Below, piece by piece: positions 39,230 to 52,424 of a DNA stretch of 64,000 bases. Position 1 is the stretch's first letter, and each line of letters starts with the position of its first letter. The translations under genes and the position numbers were made by a program. The stretch covers positions 52,638,001-52,702,000 of the forward strand of contig NC_043010.1 in the NCBI RefSeq assembly GCF_006345805.1, given 5' to 3'. The notes beneath the pieces are model-generated. The model saw only the letters and a program-made list of their open reading frames with translations. It searched no databases and was not told the DNA's origin. This stretch comes from Octopus sinensis. Its lineage: Eukaryota.

Positions 39230-39780
39230 ACACTCAGAGGTGTGAAAAAAGATTTAGGGTTGTGAACTATATATTTAGAGGTGTGGCCAAACATTTAGAG
39301 GTGTGACGAAAGGTTTAAGTCTGTAGACAATATATCTAGAGGTGTGGCCAAGCATCTAGAAGTACAGCTAAAGACTTATAGTTGTGGCCAAAAATTTAGA
39401 GGTGTGGCTAAACACTTATAGGTTGGGCCAAACATTTAGAGGTGTGGTTAAACATTTAGAGGTGTGATCAAACATTTAGAGGTGTGACAAAAGGTTCAAG
39501 GCTGTAAACTATACATTTAAAGGTGTGGCCAAACATTTATAGCTGTGACCATACATTTAGAGGTGTGGCCAAACACTTAGAGGTTGGGCTGAACATTTAG
39601 AGGTGTGATCAAACATTTAGAGGTGTGACAAAAGGTTTAGGGCTGTAAACTACACATTTAAAGGTGTGGCCACACATTTAGTAGTATGGTCGAACATTTA
39701 TAGCTGTGACCATACATTTAGAGGTGTGGCCAAACACTTAGAGGTCAGGCTGAACATTTAGAGGTGTGGTCAAATGTTTA
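39230..39780. repeat. 20-bp minisatellite (consensus aacatttagaggtgtggcca), about 27 units, with outliers at 40052-40100 and 40463-40585
   Basis: Direct tandem units without spacers. Multi-unit blocks recur at periods of about 141 and 161 bp. Confidence 0.9.
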
Positions 39781-41257
39781 TATAGACAAATAGTTACAAG
39801 CATGGGTGAAGTCAAAGAAAGGATTCTGAAACAGACTTACTTTTAGATTCATCTCTTTTGCTTGCAAGAATATCTGGAGAGAAATAGAACAGAAAAAACA
39901 ATGAATAAAAATGTACACACACACAAACACTGTCACACATACACAAGCACACATATTGTCACACACACACACAGAGTTACCATTCATAATTGTTTGACTG
40001 AGTACATGCAGCAGAAAATTTTGAGCAGCAATAGAAGCATGGTCAAACGTTAATAGGTGTGGTCAAGCATTTAGAGGCATGGCAAAACATCTAGAGGTGT
40101 CAGTCCACCACAAGGGTTCATTCCTTGTTGTGGTGCAGTGGCTTGCATTCATCAACGGTCAAAGAGCTATGCCAGAAGAGTGCAAGCTTTTGGTAGGGCT
40201 TCTTGTGCTGGACAGGTCAAAGGATAGAGGCCAGGCTAATATGGATTGCCCAATTGTAGAGGTAAAACTGGGTTTGTGTAGGGCCAACACCCCTGCCTAG
40301 AAAAAAGCAAAGTTACAGAAGCTTCAATGACAATTCAGTAAAATAAAAAAGAAATTAGAAGAAGGCCCTTCCTTAGAGAAACATAATGTCCTCCACCTCA
40401 TACTGAGGGAATGACCCTGGTGCATCCTAGAGTCAAGAACAGCAAAGGAAAATTGTTGACCAAACATTTAGGGGCGTGGCAAAACAGTTAGAGGTTGGGC
40501 CAGATATTTTGAGGTTGCGCAAGACATTTAGAGGTGTGACAAAAGGTTTAGAGCTGTAAACTATACATTTATAATTGTGACCCAGCATAGAGAACAAATG
40601 GCTTAAATAAGTATACTTGTCTGTAGAATACTGAGCTACTTACACATTAATTTAATGAGACAGAGGCATTCAGATGATTGAGTAATGGAATGCTCATGCT
40701 GAAGTTGATGGGAGGAGCCATCAGATCTGATTAAAGAAGGATGGATGGATCATTGCTAAAAAAACCCTTGATTGTAGGTCTACCTAATTAGAACCAATTT
40801 GGGGTTGAACAAATTTCCAATTAAATCACATAATGAGGTCTTAGATACACTACGTCTGATAAAATATAAGAAGGGCATGTGATGATTTAATGAGGGTTGA
40901 CCTAGGGCTAAACAAAAACAACTGCAACGATAACCGCAACAACAACAGTAATCTTCAAACTGCTTATAAAAGCTATCCTTTGGAATATTTTTATAACGGA
41001 TCATCATTATTCAACATCAGGTGTTGGGGGCAAATGCTCCCATGATCTTTGTTGGGTCATCTAATATGATGGGATCAATGTGGGAGTAGAGAATGTTGAA
41101 CTTCTGTAGAATGTGATGCCCAGAGGTGAAATATTGACAGTAAGCAAATTATACCAGATTCTTGGTAGGGAACCTTTCTCTATTGTGTTGTTGCATGTTG
41201 TACTCAAATACACACACACACACATGCATAATATATGTATGTATATATATATATATG

Positions 41258-41331
<74 letters not shown>

Positions 41332-41469
41332 GTACACAAACACCAATGTCCCATATAATAGGATTGATAATTGTAGAAGGTTTCTTTTAAATGAAATCTA
41401 TGGTAGCCTTAACCCATAAAGACTTTATCCACAAATTTCTGGCAAAGATTCACAAATGGATACACACAC

Positions 41470-41521
<52 letters not shown>

Positions 41522-41548
41522 ATATATGTATATATATATGTATATATG

Positions 41549-41587
<39 letters not shown>

Positions 41588-41711
41588 TATGTATATATAT
41601 GTATATATTTATATTGGTAATTAGTAAGGGATTTCTCCAAACAATTACCAATTTGCTCACAGTTAGGTATTCAAAACAGAGTAGAAACATGTGTAGGTCC
41701 ATTTGAGGCTG

Positions 41712-41762
<51 letters not shown>

Positions 41763-41805
41763 AAAAGAATTAAAGGTTGTGTTAATGCTACTTTGTAATA
41801 ATCCC

Positions 41806-41866
<61 letters not shown>

Positions 41867-42252
41867 GTTATAATTATCATCATCATCATTATTACTATTA
41901 TTGAGTGAAAGAGCAGTGCATGCCATCTAAGTGACACTGGGGTAAAATATACGAAGCCCAGTATACCCATCATGACTACCTGTCTGATAGGGGTACACCA
42001 GGTACATGCATCACAACCATATGTGCGTGACATAGGAATCTCATATCAAGATAAACAGCACAAGACCTTGCAGGTGGGGCCCAGTTAGAATTTTCTTCTG
42101 GTCGAGTAACCCATTCCGCTCAAACGGTCCCTGAATAAGGATTGTTTAAGGATGTTGAACGAACCACCCATGTTTCCAAATGTGAATTATCCAAACCTCC
42201 AAGAATTCCTTTCAACACATGGCTATGATGCTCCCCCATTATTACTATTATT

Positions 42253-42293
<41 letters not shown>

Positions 42294-44159
42294 CATTATT
42301 ATCATCATCATCATCATTATGGATATATATATATATATATATATATATAGTGCCGGTGGCATGTATAAAAGCACCATCTGATCGTGGCCGTTTGCCAGCC
42401 TCACCTGGCCCCCGTGCTGGTAGCATGTAAAAAGCACCATCCGATCATGGCCGTTTGCAAGCCCCGTCTGGCAACTGTGCTGGTAGCACGTAAAAAGCAC
42501 CCACTACACTTACGGAGTGGTTGGCATTAGGAAGGGCATCCAGCCGTAGAAACATTGCCAGATCAGACTGGGCCTGGTGCAGCCTTCTGGCTTCCCAGAC
42601 TCCAGTTGAACTGTCCAACCCATGCTAGCTTGGAAAGCGGACGCTAAATGATAATGATGATGATGATATATATGTATATTTATATGTACACACACACACA
42701 CGCACACGCACACTCACATGCATACACACAGTTTTGCAATGATGTGTCTCAGAGTTTGGCTTTACTCCGTGATGCTATGTACACAAATAGTTTGCTGTAG
42801 CCTTGTAGCAGCCAAATCCTTGTGGATGAAACTGGAAACATGTCAAATACATAAATAAATATTTATATCTACACATACACACACACATTTCTCTCTCTCT
42901 CTCTCTAAATATATATTCATATATAAAATATAAGTGAATATTTATATGCATTCATGTATTATTGGAAAACCTTTATAATTGGCTGAAGAGCACTCAACAT
43001 CTTAAATCTGCTGTAATACTTACAACTTTTAATAAAATGTTGTAGTGTGAAACAATTGTACCAAATTACCGGAGTCATTCTTGTTGCTTATTTTTGATTA
43101 TAATCACCCCGCAAATTTTTATGGATAACACCATACAAAATTCTGGTGCATCTAAATTAAGTACCATATTCATTTGAATCTAAATTGTTGCATTCATACT
43201 TATATGTACTTACATATAGAAAACAGTTACAGACATGCACAAATATATAATATCATAATTCATTACACACATGCATATTTTTAAACACATGCAAACACCA
43301 GTACAATGTGATGTAGAACAACTAAGACACAGCTAAGCATAGAGATTGTTAGCAAAATTTGGACAACATAACGTGCAGGAGTGGCTGTGTGGTAAGTAGC
43401 TTGCTAACCAACCACATGGTTCTGGGTTCAGTCCCACTGTGTGGCATCTCGGGCAAGCGTCTTCTGCTATAGCCCCGGGCCGACCAATGCCTTGTGAGTG
43501 GATTTGGTAGACGGAAACTGAAAGAAGCCTGTTGTATATATGTATATATATGTGTATGTGTGTGTATGTGTTTGTGTGTCTGTGTTTGTCCCCCCCTAGC
43601 ATTGTTTGACAACCGATGCTGGTGTGTTTATGTCCCCTGTCACTTAGTAGTTCGGCAAAATGGACCGATAGAATAAGTACTGGGCTTACAAAGAATAAGT
43701 CCCGGGGTCGAGTTGCTCGACTAAAGGCGGTGCTCCAGCATGGCCACAGTCAAATGACTGAAACAAGTAAAAGAGAGAAAGAGATAACATTTAATTAGAT
43801 AATGGATAGGAAGGTTTCTGGCCCAAAAGCAGCTATTAGCAGGCTCTAGTATATCAAGTAGAGTTGTATTATGGTTTTTATAATTTTTTTTTATACCCAA
43901 ACTGAAATTTTTGTATACCTTCTCCTCAACTTCTCACCTATGCGACTTATGACTGCAAAAAGTCGAACGCTTTGCAAAGGTTGAACATATCATTCAAGAT
44001 CCTCTGCATTGTTATCAAAAGATATATGATGGGAAAAAGAAATGAAAACTATTCCAACAGAGCTCATTATACAGTTCTGTATTTAAGAGTTGAAGAATTA
44101 TGTACATTATTTAAATTATTTACATTTGATGGATATTTGTCCACATCTTGTTTGTTATT

Positions 44160-44205
44160 AACACAACATTTCGGCTGATGTATCCTCCAGCCTTCATCAG
44201 GTGTC
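44160..44205 (-). ncRNA. Minimal hammerhead ribozyme, nearly intact, sense to the Myt1 pre-mRNA
   Basis: Minus strand gacac-CTGATGA-a-ggctg(gaggatacat)cagcc-GAAA-TGT-T-gtgtt. Stem I gacac/gtgtt, 5-bp stem II, stem III AATGTT (one transition from the palindrome AACGTT), GUU triplet. Confidence 0.68.
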
Positions 44206-45316
44206 TTGGGGAAATTTCAAACCTGGGTTCTCATTCCTAAGGTATTTTTCAATGCTATTATCATTATTACTATTATTATTGTTCAGTTCATTGCTTGGAA
44301 TCTTGGTGTTAGTAGCCCGTGCTCTTAATCACTATGCCATATGCCCATGGGCATATGGCATAGTGGTTAAGAGTGCTGGCTACTGTATGGTTTGGATGAA
44401 GTTAGTTCTGGTAGATTTGAAATGGCCGGATGCCCTTCTTGTATCATGTTTGCTCAAGGTCAATTTATATCAGGGTTAAGGTAAAATATTGTTGTTAGTA
44501 TTGGATATCATGGCTAACAGAGAAACAGAGGATATCACATTTGAAGCACAGTTATCAAAGCCTGGCGAGATGCTGTGTTAAATATTATGTAAAGACTGTG
44601 TGAGATGTAACGTAAAAAAAAAAGGAGTGGGGGAACCATAGATATATCAATATATCTATGTTTGGTCAGGATATCTAGCTTAGCATAAAAAATCAAATAA
44701 GAAATATTTATATTTCAGGCAGCAAAGTTATCATGCACAGACAGACAAAGAGAGAGAGAGAAAGAGAAAGAAATGTTGAAAAAATAAAAATGAAATAAAG
44801 AAAGAAACAGCAGAGTTAAGATAAGATATTGAACAAAGATTAAGTATTTCAAGAAGACAAGATGTCAAAATTTTAAAGATAAAATTTGCAACGTCAAGAT
44901 AAGATGGCAGGATTATGACAAGACATTCAGGATGAGATGACATACTGTGCTAAAAGAAGGCAGAAAAATACGAAGGGATATCTTACAATAAAATTAAAAA
45001 AGTAATGTAAAAAAAATGTAACCACGACAAAACATGATATCAAAACATGACAGCGGAAACTAAAACGTGATATACAGTTGAGTCTAAAAATGGTTAAGAC
45101 AGAAATTGTAAAGCTAAGAAAACAGGGTATGTTTAAAAATACAATGTGTATAGGCTCAGACATGGTTTTGTGGTTCAGAAGCTTACTTTTGTGAACATGT
45201 GATTTTGGGCTCAGTCTTACTGAGTGGTACCTTGGGCAAGTGTCTTCTACTATAGCCCTGGGTTGACCAATACCATATGAATGAATATGGTAAATGAAGA
45301 CTGTGTGGGAGCCTGT

Positions 45317-45379
<63 letters not shown>

Positions 45380-45383
45380 ATAT

Positions 45384-45695
45384 GTTGAGACCCCCTTTGG
45401 TCATGATTGCACCTAGAAAGTTACCCTCCCAAGCACAAGTCCAAGTCCAGGCAAGGTTGTTTATGGAAGACCAGCAGTCCCCTCTCCACACCACCAGTGT
45501 TATCCAAGGGAAAGGCAACGGCCGATACTGCTTGGCACCTGTGATGTCGCAACTCATTTCTACAGCTGAGTGAACTGGAGCAACGTGAAATAAAGTGTCT
45601 TGCTCAGGAACACAACACACAGCCCGGTCCGGGATTTGAACTCACAACCTCACGATTGTAAGCTCAACGCTCTAACCACTGAGCCATGCGCCTTC
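45384..45695 (-). mobile_element. tRNA-derived SINE with an RTE-like 3' tail
   Basis: Minus strand tggctcagtggttagagcg ... gagttcaaatccc head, CORE-like middle. Confidence 0.75.
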
Positions 45696-45776
45696 ACATA
45701 TATATGTATATATATATGTGAATATATATATGTATATATATATGTGTGTATATATATATGTATGTATATATGAATA

Positions 45777-45839
<63 letters not shown>

Positions 45840-46331
45840 GTGTGTGTGTGTATTTGTAGCTTTGTCTTCATGTTGTTACCCCAGCACTTGAAAACAGGTG
45901 TTGGTTTATTTACATCCCTGTAACTTAGTGGTTTTAGCAAAAAGTACTGATAGAAGTATCAGACTTAAAAAAAAACCCCAAAAAACAAAAAGAAAAAAAA
46001 CAAGTATGGAGGTCAATTCGTTCAACTAAACTCTTCAAGGTGGCGCTCCAGCATGGCTTCGGAAAATGAGTCAGACAAGCAAAAGACGAATGATATAAGA
46101 TAAAGCTAAACCTAAACACCCTGATTGACAAAAGTAATTTTAGTGATATGTTTGTTGATAAAGCAAGACAGCATGATGGATGACAGTAAAATTTACAAAA
46201 GTGATATAAATATAAAACAGATTATACATGTTAAGGAAAGATGGAGAAAAGCAAAGCTAGGAGAAAGGAGGCAAGGTTAAAACTGAATATGAAACTATGG
46301 AAAGAAACGAAATAAAATTTCAAAATTTTAA

Positions 46332-47521
46332 CCCTTTAGCATTCAATATGACCATGTTTAACTTGTGGAGGTGTGTTGCTTAGTGGTTAGGATGTTTGAT
46401 TCATGACTGTAAGATTGTGGTTTCAATCCCTGGACCGGGCAATCTGTTGTGTTTTTGAGCAAAATGCTTCATTTAACTTTTGCTCCAGTACACTCAGATG
46501 GTAAAAATGAGTACCACTAGTGGAGGTGTGTTGTTTAGTGGTTAGGGTGTTGGATTCATGAGTGAAAGATTGTGGTTTTAATCCTGGGAGAGAGCAATCT
46601 GTTGTATTCTTGAGCAAAATGCTTCATTTCACTTTTGCTCCAGTACACACAGTTGGTAAAAATGAGTACCACTAGTGGATGCATGTTGCTTAGTGGTTAG
46701 GGTGTTGGATTCATGACTGTAAGATTGTGGTTTCAATCCTTGGACAAGGCAATCTGTTGTGTTCTTGAGCAAAATGCTTCATTTCCCTTTTGCTCCAGTA
46801 CACACAGCTGGTAAAAATGAGCACCACTAGTGGAGGTGTGTTGCTTAGTGGTTAGGGTGTTGGATTCATGAGTGTAAGATTGTGGTTTCAATCCTGGGAG
46901 AGGGCAATCAGTTGTGTTCTTATGTAAAACACTTCATTTCACTTTTGCTCCAGTCCGCTCAGCTGTAGAAATGAGTTTAGTCTGGAAAGAGATGGGTTCC
47001 ACCAGGCTTTCTCACCCTAGATACGCTGCATGGCTGCAGTGCCCTGATGACCCCAAAGGTTTAAGGGATTTGTTACTTGTCAATATCTGACCCAAATATT
47101 CTACCTGTTTTATGTTCAGACTGGCCAGATCTAGCCTCTCACACCAACTCTCAATGTCATATTAAAAATAAGCAATTAGGGTGGTGATCTGGCAGAATCG
47201 TTAGTACATTGGGCAAAATGCTTAGCAGTATTTTATCTGCCGCTACATTCTGAGTTCAAATTCCACCGAGGTCGACTTTGCTTTTCATCTTTTCTGGGTT
47301 GATCAAATAAGTACCAGTTACGCACTGGCTTCAATGTAATCGACTAAATCCCTTTGTCCTTGTTTGTCCCCTCTATGTTTAGCCCCTTGTGGGCAATAAA
47401 GAAATAAAAATAAGGAATTATATCATTGAAGTCTTGAAGCTATGAGATAATGCAGGCTTAATTCAAAATAATGTGAATAAATAAGGATTATATTTAATGG
47501 AGTAATCTGAATGCTAAAGGG
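46332..47521. mobile_element. piggyBac-like MITE expanded by nested SINE insertions
   Basis: TTAA|ccctttagcattca ... tgaatgctaaaggg|TTAA, a 14-bp perfect TIR. A related copy lies at 61811-62200. Confidence 0.7.
46365..46978 (+). repeat. Tandem array of four 155-bp SINE-D heads
   Basis: Units start at 46365, 46520, 46675 and 46830. Each has the tRNA-like head and CORE-like segment but no tail. Confidence 0.9.
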
Positions 47522-48192
47522 TTAAGGTTAAAATCATAAAGCTAGGATAATACGGAAAGAGTAAAACAGGACATGAAAGTTAGGATGAAAGGTGAAGATA
47601 AGAAAATATAATGTTACCAAGCAAAGACAAAAACCACATGTTAGCCAGGAGATAATATTAGCAGATATGAAATCTTAGGAAAATACATATAAATGGTTAA
47701 TAATACATGATTACATGGTTAAGATAGGATATCACTTTTAAGAGAAGATTGTAAACTTAAGATGAAGTTAGAATTTAATGAGGGGCAGATGAGATGTGAA
47801 GCTGATAAAATAGGTTAGGTAAAAAACAGGTGAGTTACGAAGGTCATGATAAATACAATAGGTCAGATGAGGTTATAAAGTTAGAAGGCAGTTCGAGTTA
47901 GATGAAAGGAAGAAAGAAATGAAGAGGAGATCAATGGAGATACAGAGGAAAATGAAATAAAATATATATGACTAGATTTACATATGACCTTGTATCTCTT
48001 GGTTGTTTATATCCGATGATTGCTTGTTTGTTATTTTGACCCTGTCCAACAATGTGTTTGGTAGGATTATGTAAATTGCACTTATAAGTGCATGTATGAA
48101 TTGCATTTTATTGTGTGACATCATTAATTAATTAATTACCAAATACAGAAACATATGTAACATGATACCAAGTTCATGCTCATAGATAGATG

Positions 48193-48227
<35 letters not shown>

Positions 48228-48503
48228 GGATGGATGATTAGATAGACAAACTGAGAGATAGTGAATGGATGGTTAGACAAATAGATGATAGTTAGATAGA
48301 CAGATGAAAAATTAGATAAATATATTGAGAGTTAGACAGATACATAAATAGAAGAATGGATGGTTAGATAAACAGATGCATAGAGCAATGAATAGAAGGA
48401 TGGATGAATAGATAGATGGATGGATGGATGGGCAAACAGAAAGATTAGTGATGAGAAACAGGAAGCAAATGAAAGTGAAATGAAGTAGTTTTACTTTACA
48501 GAC

Positions 48504-48611
48504 CCGACTTGACCTCTTGTGCAGCCAATCGGAGCAGGTCAGTCTCAGTGCAGGCAGCAAGCACGGCCTTAGAAGGGTCATCATACTTTGGAATGAGCAC
48601 AAGGTGAAGGC
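48504..48611 (-). CDS. Myt1: Myt1-family exon (GLHLVLIPKYDDPSKAVLAACTETDLLRLAAQEVKS)
   Basis: ttggcaattag|GC CTT CAC ... TCG G|gtctgt. 108 nt, phase 1-1, stop-free. Resembles the invertebrate Myt1 segment before the SDRVLRPM motif (from memory). The donor is weak, and a second GT lies 4 nt downstream. Confidence 0.78.
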
Positions 48612-49228
48612 CTAATTGCCAAAAACAAAAAACGATAAAACAAAGAAAAACAACAAAAAACAAAACCAAAACAACAACAGCAACTACAGCAACAAAAAAA
48701 TATATAAAAAAATAAAGATGATCATAAAACTAACAAACTGTATTTAGGTGTTATTGTTGTTGAGGCTGTTTAGCTTCATATCAGTCCAGATGGCGCAGGC
48801 AGATCAAAAGCAATCTAACTATGACCATCACATCAGAATTTTGCATACCTAGGACTACATTAACTAATGTGTTTTCTTTCTCAAGATCATCTGCATGTGA
48901 TTTGAGGGAATATGTTTGCTAAGTGGAAGAAAGGGTAACAATGTTCTTTGTCTATCTCCTTAACTTCTTGGTGATTTTAGGCAAAATTATACTGTCTCCA
49001 TCTGTTTTAATTAAATTAAATTCTTTGTGCAGCTGAGGATTGCTCTGCATTTAAATTGATGTAATGGTTGCATTGTTCAATTAAATGGAGTTGCGTGAAG
49101 CGATCGTACTGCATTACCTCTGGATATCCTTGTTGCTTATTTTGATTTTAATCATTTTATTTTGAAATTGTATGGATAATACCGTACTAAATTCTAGTGC
49201 CTCAACCTAAGTACCTAATTCATCTGAA

Positions 49229-49259
<31 letters not shown>

Positions 49260-49337
49260 GTATGTATATAAGTGAGTGAACAAATAAAAGAAGGGCACTC
49301 AACCAATTTATTGGGAGTTACATGTATGGATCTAAAC

Positions 49338-49433
49338 TCTTGAGTCTCGAGTGTGATGCTAGTCATCAGTCCTTTTGAATTTGAATTCAAATTCAAAATG
49401 ACCGACGACTAACATCACTCTTGAAACTCAAGA
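49338..49433. repeat. 96-bp palindrome with a perfect 26-nt loopless centre
   Basis: Centre ttttgaatttgaattcaaattcaaaa at 49373-49398. The outer arms pair with 7 mismatches. Confidence 0.85.
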
Positions 49434-51022
49434 ATACCAACGAATTTTAATCAAACTGTTTTGATTCACACACACACACACACACACACTTATATACGGC
49501 AGGTTTCTTTCAGTTTCCAACTACCAAATCCAATCACAAGGCTTTTGTTGGCCCAAGGCTATATTAGAAAACACTTGTCCAAGATGCCATGCAGTGATAT
49601 TTTGATAATGCATTTATATATAGTTATTGGTTAGTTAGTGCCATGTAAAAAGCACCTGTGTTGGGGCGATGAATAAAGCACTGGTGCTGGTACCATGTAA
49701 AAAGTACCCATGTTAGTGCCACATTAAGTACAGTGTACTCTGTAAAGTGGCTGACATTAGGAAGGGCATCCAGCCACAGAAAACCATGCCAAAAACAGAC
49801 AATCGAAGCTTGGTGTAGCTCTCTGGCTTGCCAGCTTCTATCAAACCTTCCAACCCATGCCAGCATGGGAAACCAATGTTAAATGATGATTGGTTTGCAA
49901 TGCAGCAACAGCACCATGAGCAGCAATGAATGAAATACTAGGCGCAGGAGTGACTGTGTAGTAAGTAGCTTGATTACCAGCCACATGGTTCCGGGTTCAG
50001 TCCCACTGCGTGGCACCTTGGGCGAGTGTATTCTACTATAGCCTTGGGCCGACCAAAGCCTTGTGAGTGGATTTGGTAGATGGAAACTGAAAGAAGCCCG
50101 TCGTATATATGTTTATATATATATATATATATGCGTGTGTGTGTTTGTGTGTCTGTGTTTGTCCCCCTAGCATTGCTTGACAACCGATGCTGGTGTGTTT
50201 ATGTCCTCGTTACTTAGCGGTTCGGCAAAAGAGACCGATAGAATAAGTACTGGGCTTACAAAAGAATAAGTCCCAGGGTCGAGTTGCTCAATTAAAGGCG
50301 GTGCCCCAGCATGACTGCAGTCAAATGACTGAAACAAGTAACAGAGTAAAAAGAGAAAGAGTAGGAGTAGTAGCAGTTATGGTAGTTGTGATGATGGTGG
50401 TGGTGGTGGTGGTGGTTGAGGTTGTGGTTGTTGTGATGGTGGTGGTGGTGGTTGTGGTGGTGATGGTGGTGGTTGAGGTTGTGGTTGTTGTGATGGTGGT
50501 GGTGGTGGTTGTGGTGGTGATGGTGGTTGTGGTGGTGATGGTGGTGGTGGTGGTGGTAGTAGCAGACACAACAGATCATGGCACCAACCACAATTATAGC
50601 TATGACTGCTAAAATAACAACAACAACAACAACAAATAAATTAAAAGGTACAAAAACAACAATAACAACACTACTATCAACAACAATATTACGATAATAA
50701 TGATAATAGTAATAATGATAAAAATAATAATAATAAGGATAACAACAACAACAATAATAACAACAATGACAGCAACAAAATATATAATAAATAAAAATGT
50801 ATAAGTTAATAATAGGAAAATACAAATTTGAGTGGGCAACAAAGAAAAGAATTGAATAGAATTGAATAAAGTCTTTCAACAATAACAACAACAATCTATA
50901 AATATAATGAACAATGGCAATGATCTGTGATGACAAGATACACAAACACAAACAGTGCAAACGCATGAAACTCTTGAGTCACTCTGTTGCTTCTGCTAAA
51001 TATTAATAAAAATATACATATA

Positions 51023-51193
51023 GGCGCAGGAGTGGCTGTGTGGTAAGTAGCTTGCTAACCAACCACATGGTTCCGGGTTCAGTCCCACTGTGTGGCATCT
51101 TGGGCAAGTGTCTTCTGCTATAGCCTCGGGCCGACCAAAGCCTTGTCAGTGGATTTGGTAGACGGAAACTGAAAGAAGCCTGTCGTATATATG

Positions 51194-51224
<31 letters not shown>

Positions 51225-51430
51225 ATGTTTGTGTGTCTGTGTTTGTCCCCCTAGCATTGCTTGACAACCGATGCTGGTGTGTTTACGCCCCCGTCACTTA
51301 GCGGTTCGGCAAAAGAGACCAATAGAATAAGTATTGGGCTTACAAAGAATAAGTCCCGGGGTCGATTTGCTCAACTAAAGGCGGTGCTCCAGCATGGCCG
51401 CAGTCAAATGACTGAAACAAGTAAAAGAGT
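51023..51430 (+). mobile_element. tRNA-derived SINE 'family A' (CORE-like middle, internal TA/TG microsatellite)
   Basis: ggcgcaggagtggctgtgtggtaag head and gaaacaagtaaaagagt tail. Other copies: + 22861, 24580, 43372-43780, 49941-50355, 63748-64000; - 18012-18385, 23335-23730, 38615-38960, 54577-54945, 60343-61024, 62765-63169. Confidence 0.85.
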
Positions 51431-52059
51431 ATACATATATACATACACACACACATATATATCATCATCATCATTTAATGCTTTACATGCTGGCATGGGT
51501 TGGATGGTTTGGCAGGAGCTTCACTGCCTTGTTTTGGTATGGTTTTTACAGCTGGATGCTCTTCCTAACACCAACCATTCTTCACACACACACGTATATA
51601 TGATTATCATGATAATCATTTAATGTCTGTTTTCCATGCTAGCATGAGTTGAATGGTTTGACAGGAGCTGGCAAGGCTAGGAGCCTCAGCAGGTTCCATA
51701 TACACACACACACACATATATATCCACACTCATATTTATATATGAACAATTTAGTGTGAAACTGATGTATCACTACTTTTTTGATAAGTAATGACAGCTA
51801 TGAAGCTGGAACTTCTTTCCTGACAAAAATCAATAACTATATATAAACACAAAATCCAGATGAGTACCAACACTTCCATGTGGCATGCTTGAACAATTGT
51901 GAAGATTTCTTTACATGAAACCGTTGGTTGCTTTGTTAATCCACAAATGAAGAATATTTGCATATGAATGTGGTGTTGAGCCCTCATTCTCATTGTTGGA
52001 GAATAATTATATACAAGTATGTGTATATTATATGTTTATATATTTATGTTATGTATTAC

Positions 52060-52124
52060 CTGATTTTTTGTTACTTTGCGTGTTCATGATTTTGCCCATA
52101 GCTGCAATAGGACAGCCAGACAAA
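52060..52124 (-). CDS. Myt1: Myt1-family exon: end of ZF3 (SLSGCPIAAMGKIMNTQSNKKS)
   Basis: ttttttttacag|T TTG TCT GGC TGT ... TCA G|gtaata. 65 nt, phase 2-1. Confidence 0.93.
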
Positions 52125-52424
52125 CTGTAAAAAAAAAGAGAATGAAAAAGAAGAAAAGATTAAATCCTTTAGTTACATATGTCTGGAATTATTTAAAAAT
52201 ATACATTATTGTGCAATCATTTTAGTAATATATAATATTCAACACAATATAAATATTTAAAGGTAATCCAATAATGGCCACTCCATATTTTTCCTATGAA
52301 TAGTGAACTTTAGATTGCATTATGAAATGTGTCTTTTATCAAAACGGTAATGCTTACTTAGTGGGAGATTTGGCTGCTATTTCTCAGAAGTCAATCAATC
52401 ACATAAAGGCTCTGTCCTTGGCTC

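Noticed and set aside
39230-39780. CRISPR-like appearance of the 20-bp array
   Set aside because: Units are contiguous with no unique spacers, there are no cas genes, and the context is eukaryotic.
45620-45695. tRNA gene candidate (also SINE heads at 8232, 12116 and 13411)
   Set aside because: A and B boxes are present, but I see no complete cloverleaf, and each continues into a SINE body and tail.
50292-50612. His-rich frame on the minus strand as a possible extra exon
   Set aside because: It is a compound (GGT/GTT)n microsatellite. An acceptor is possible, but there is no convincing donor before it runs into a SINE.
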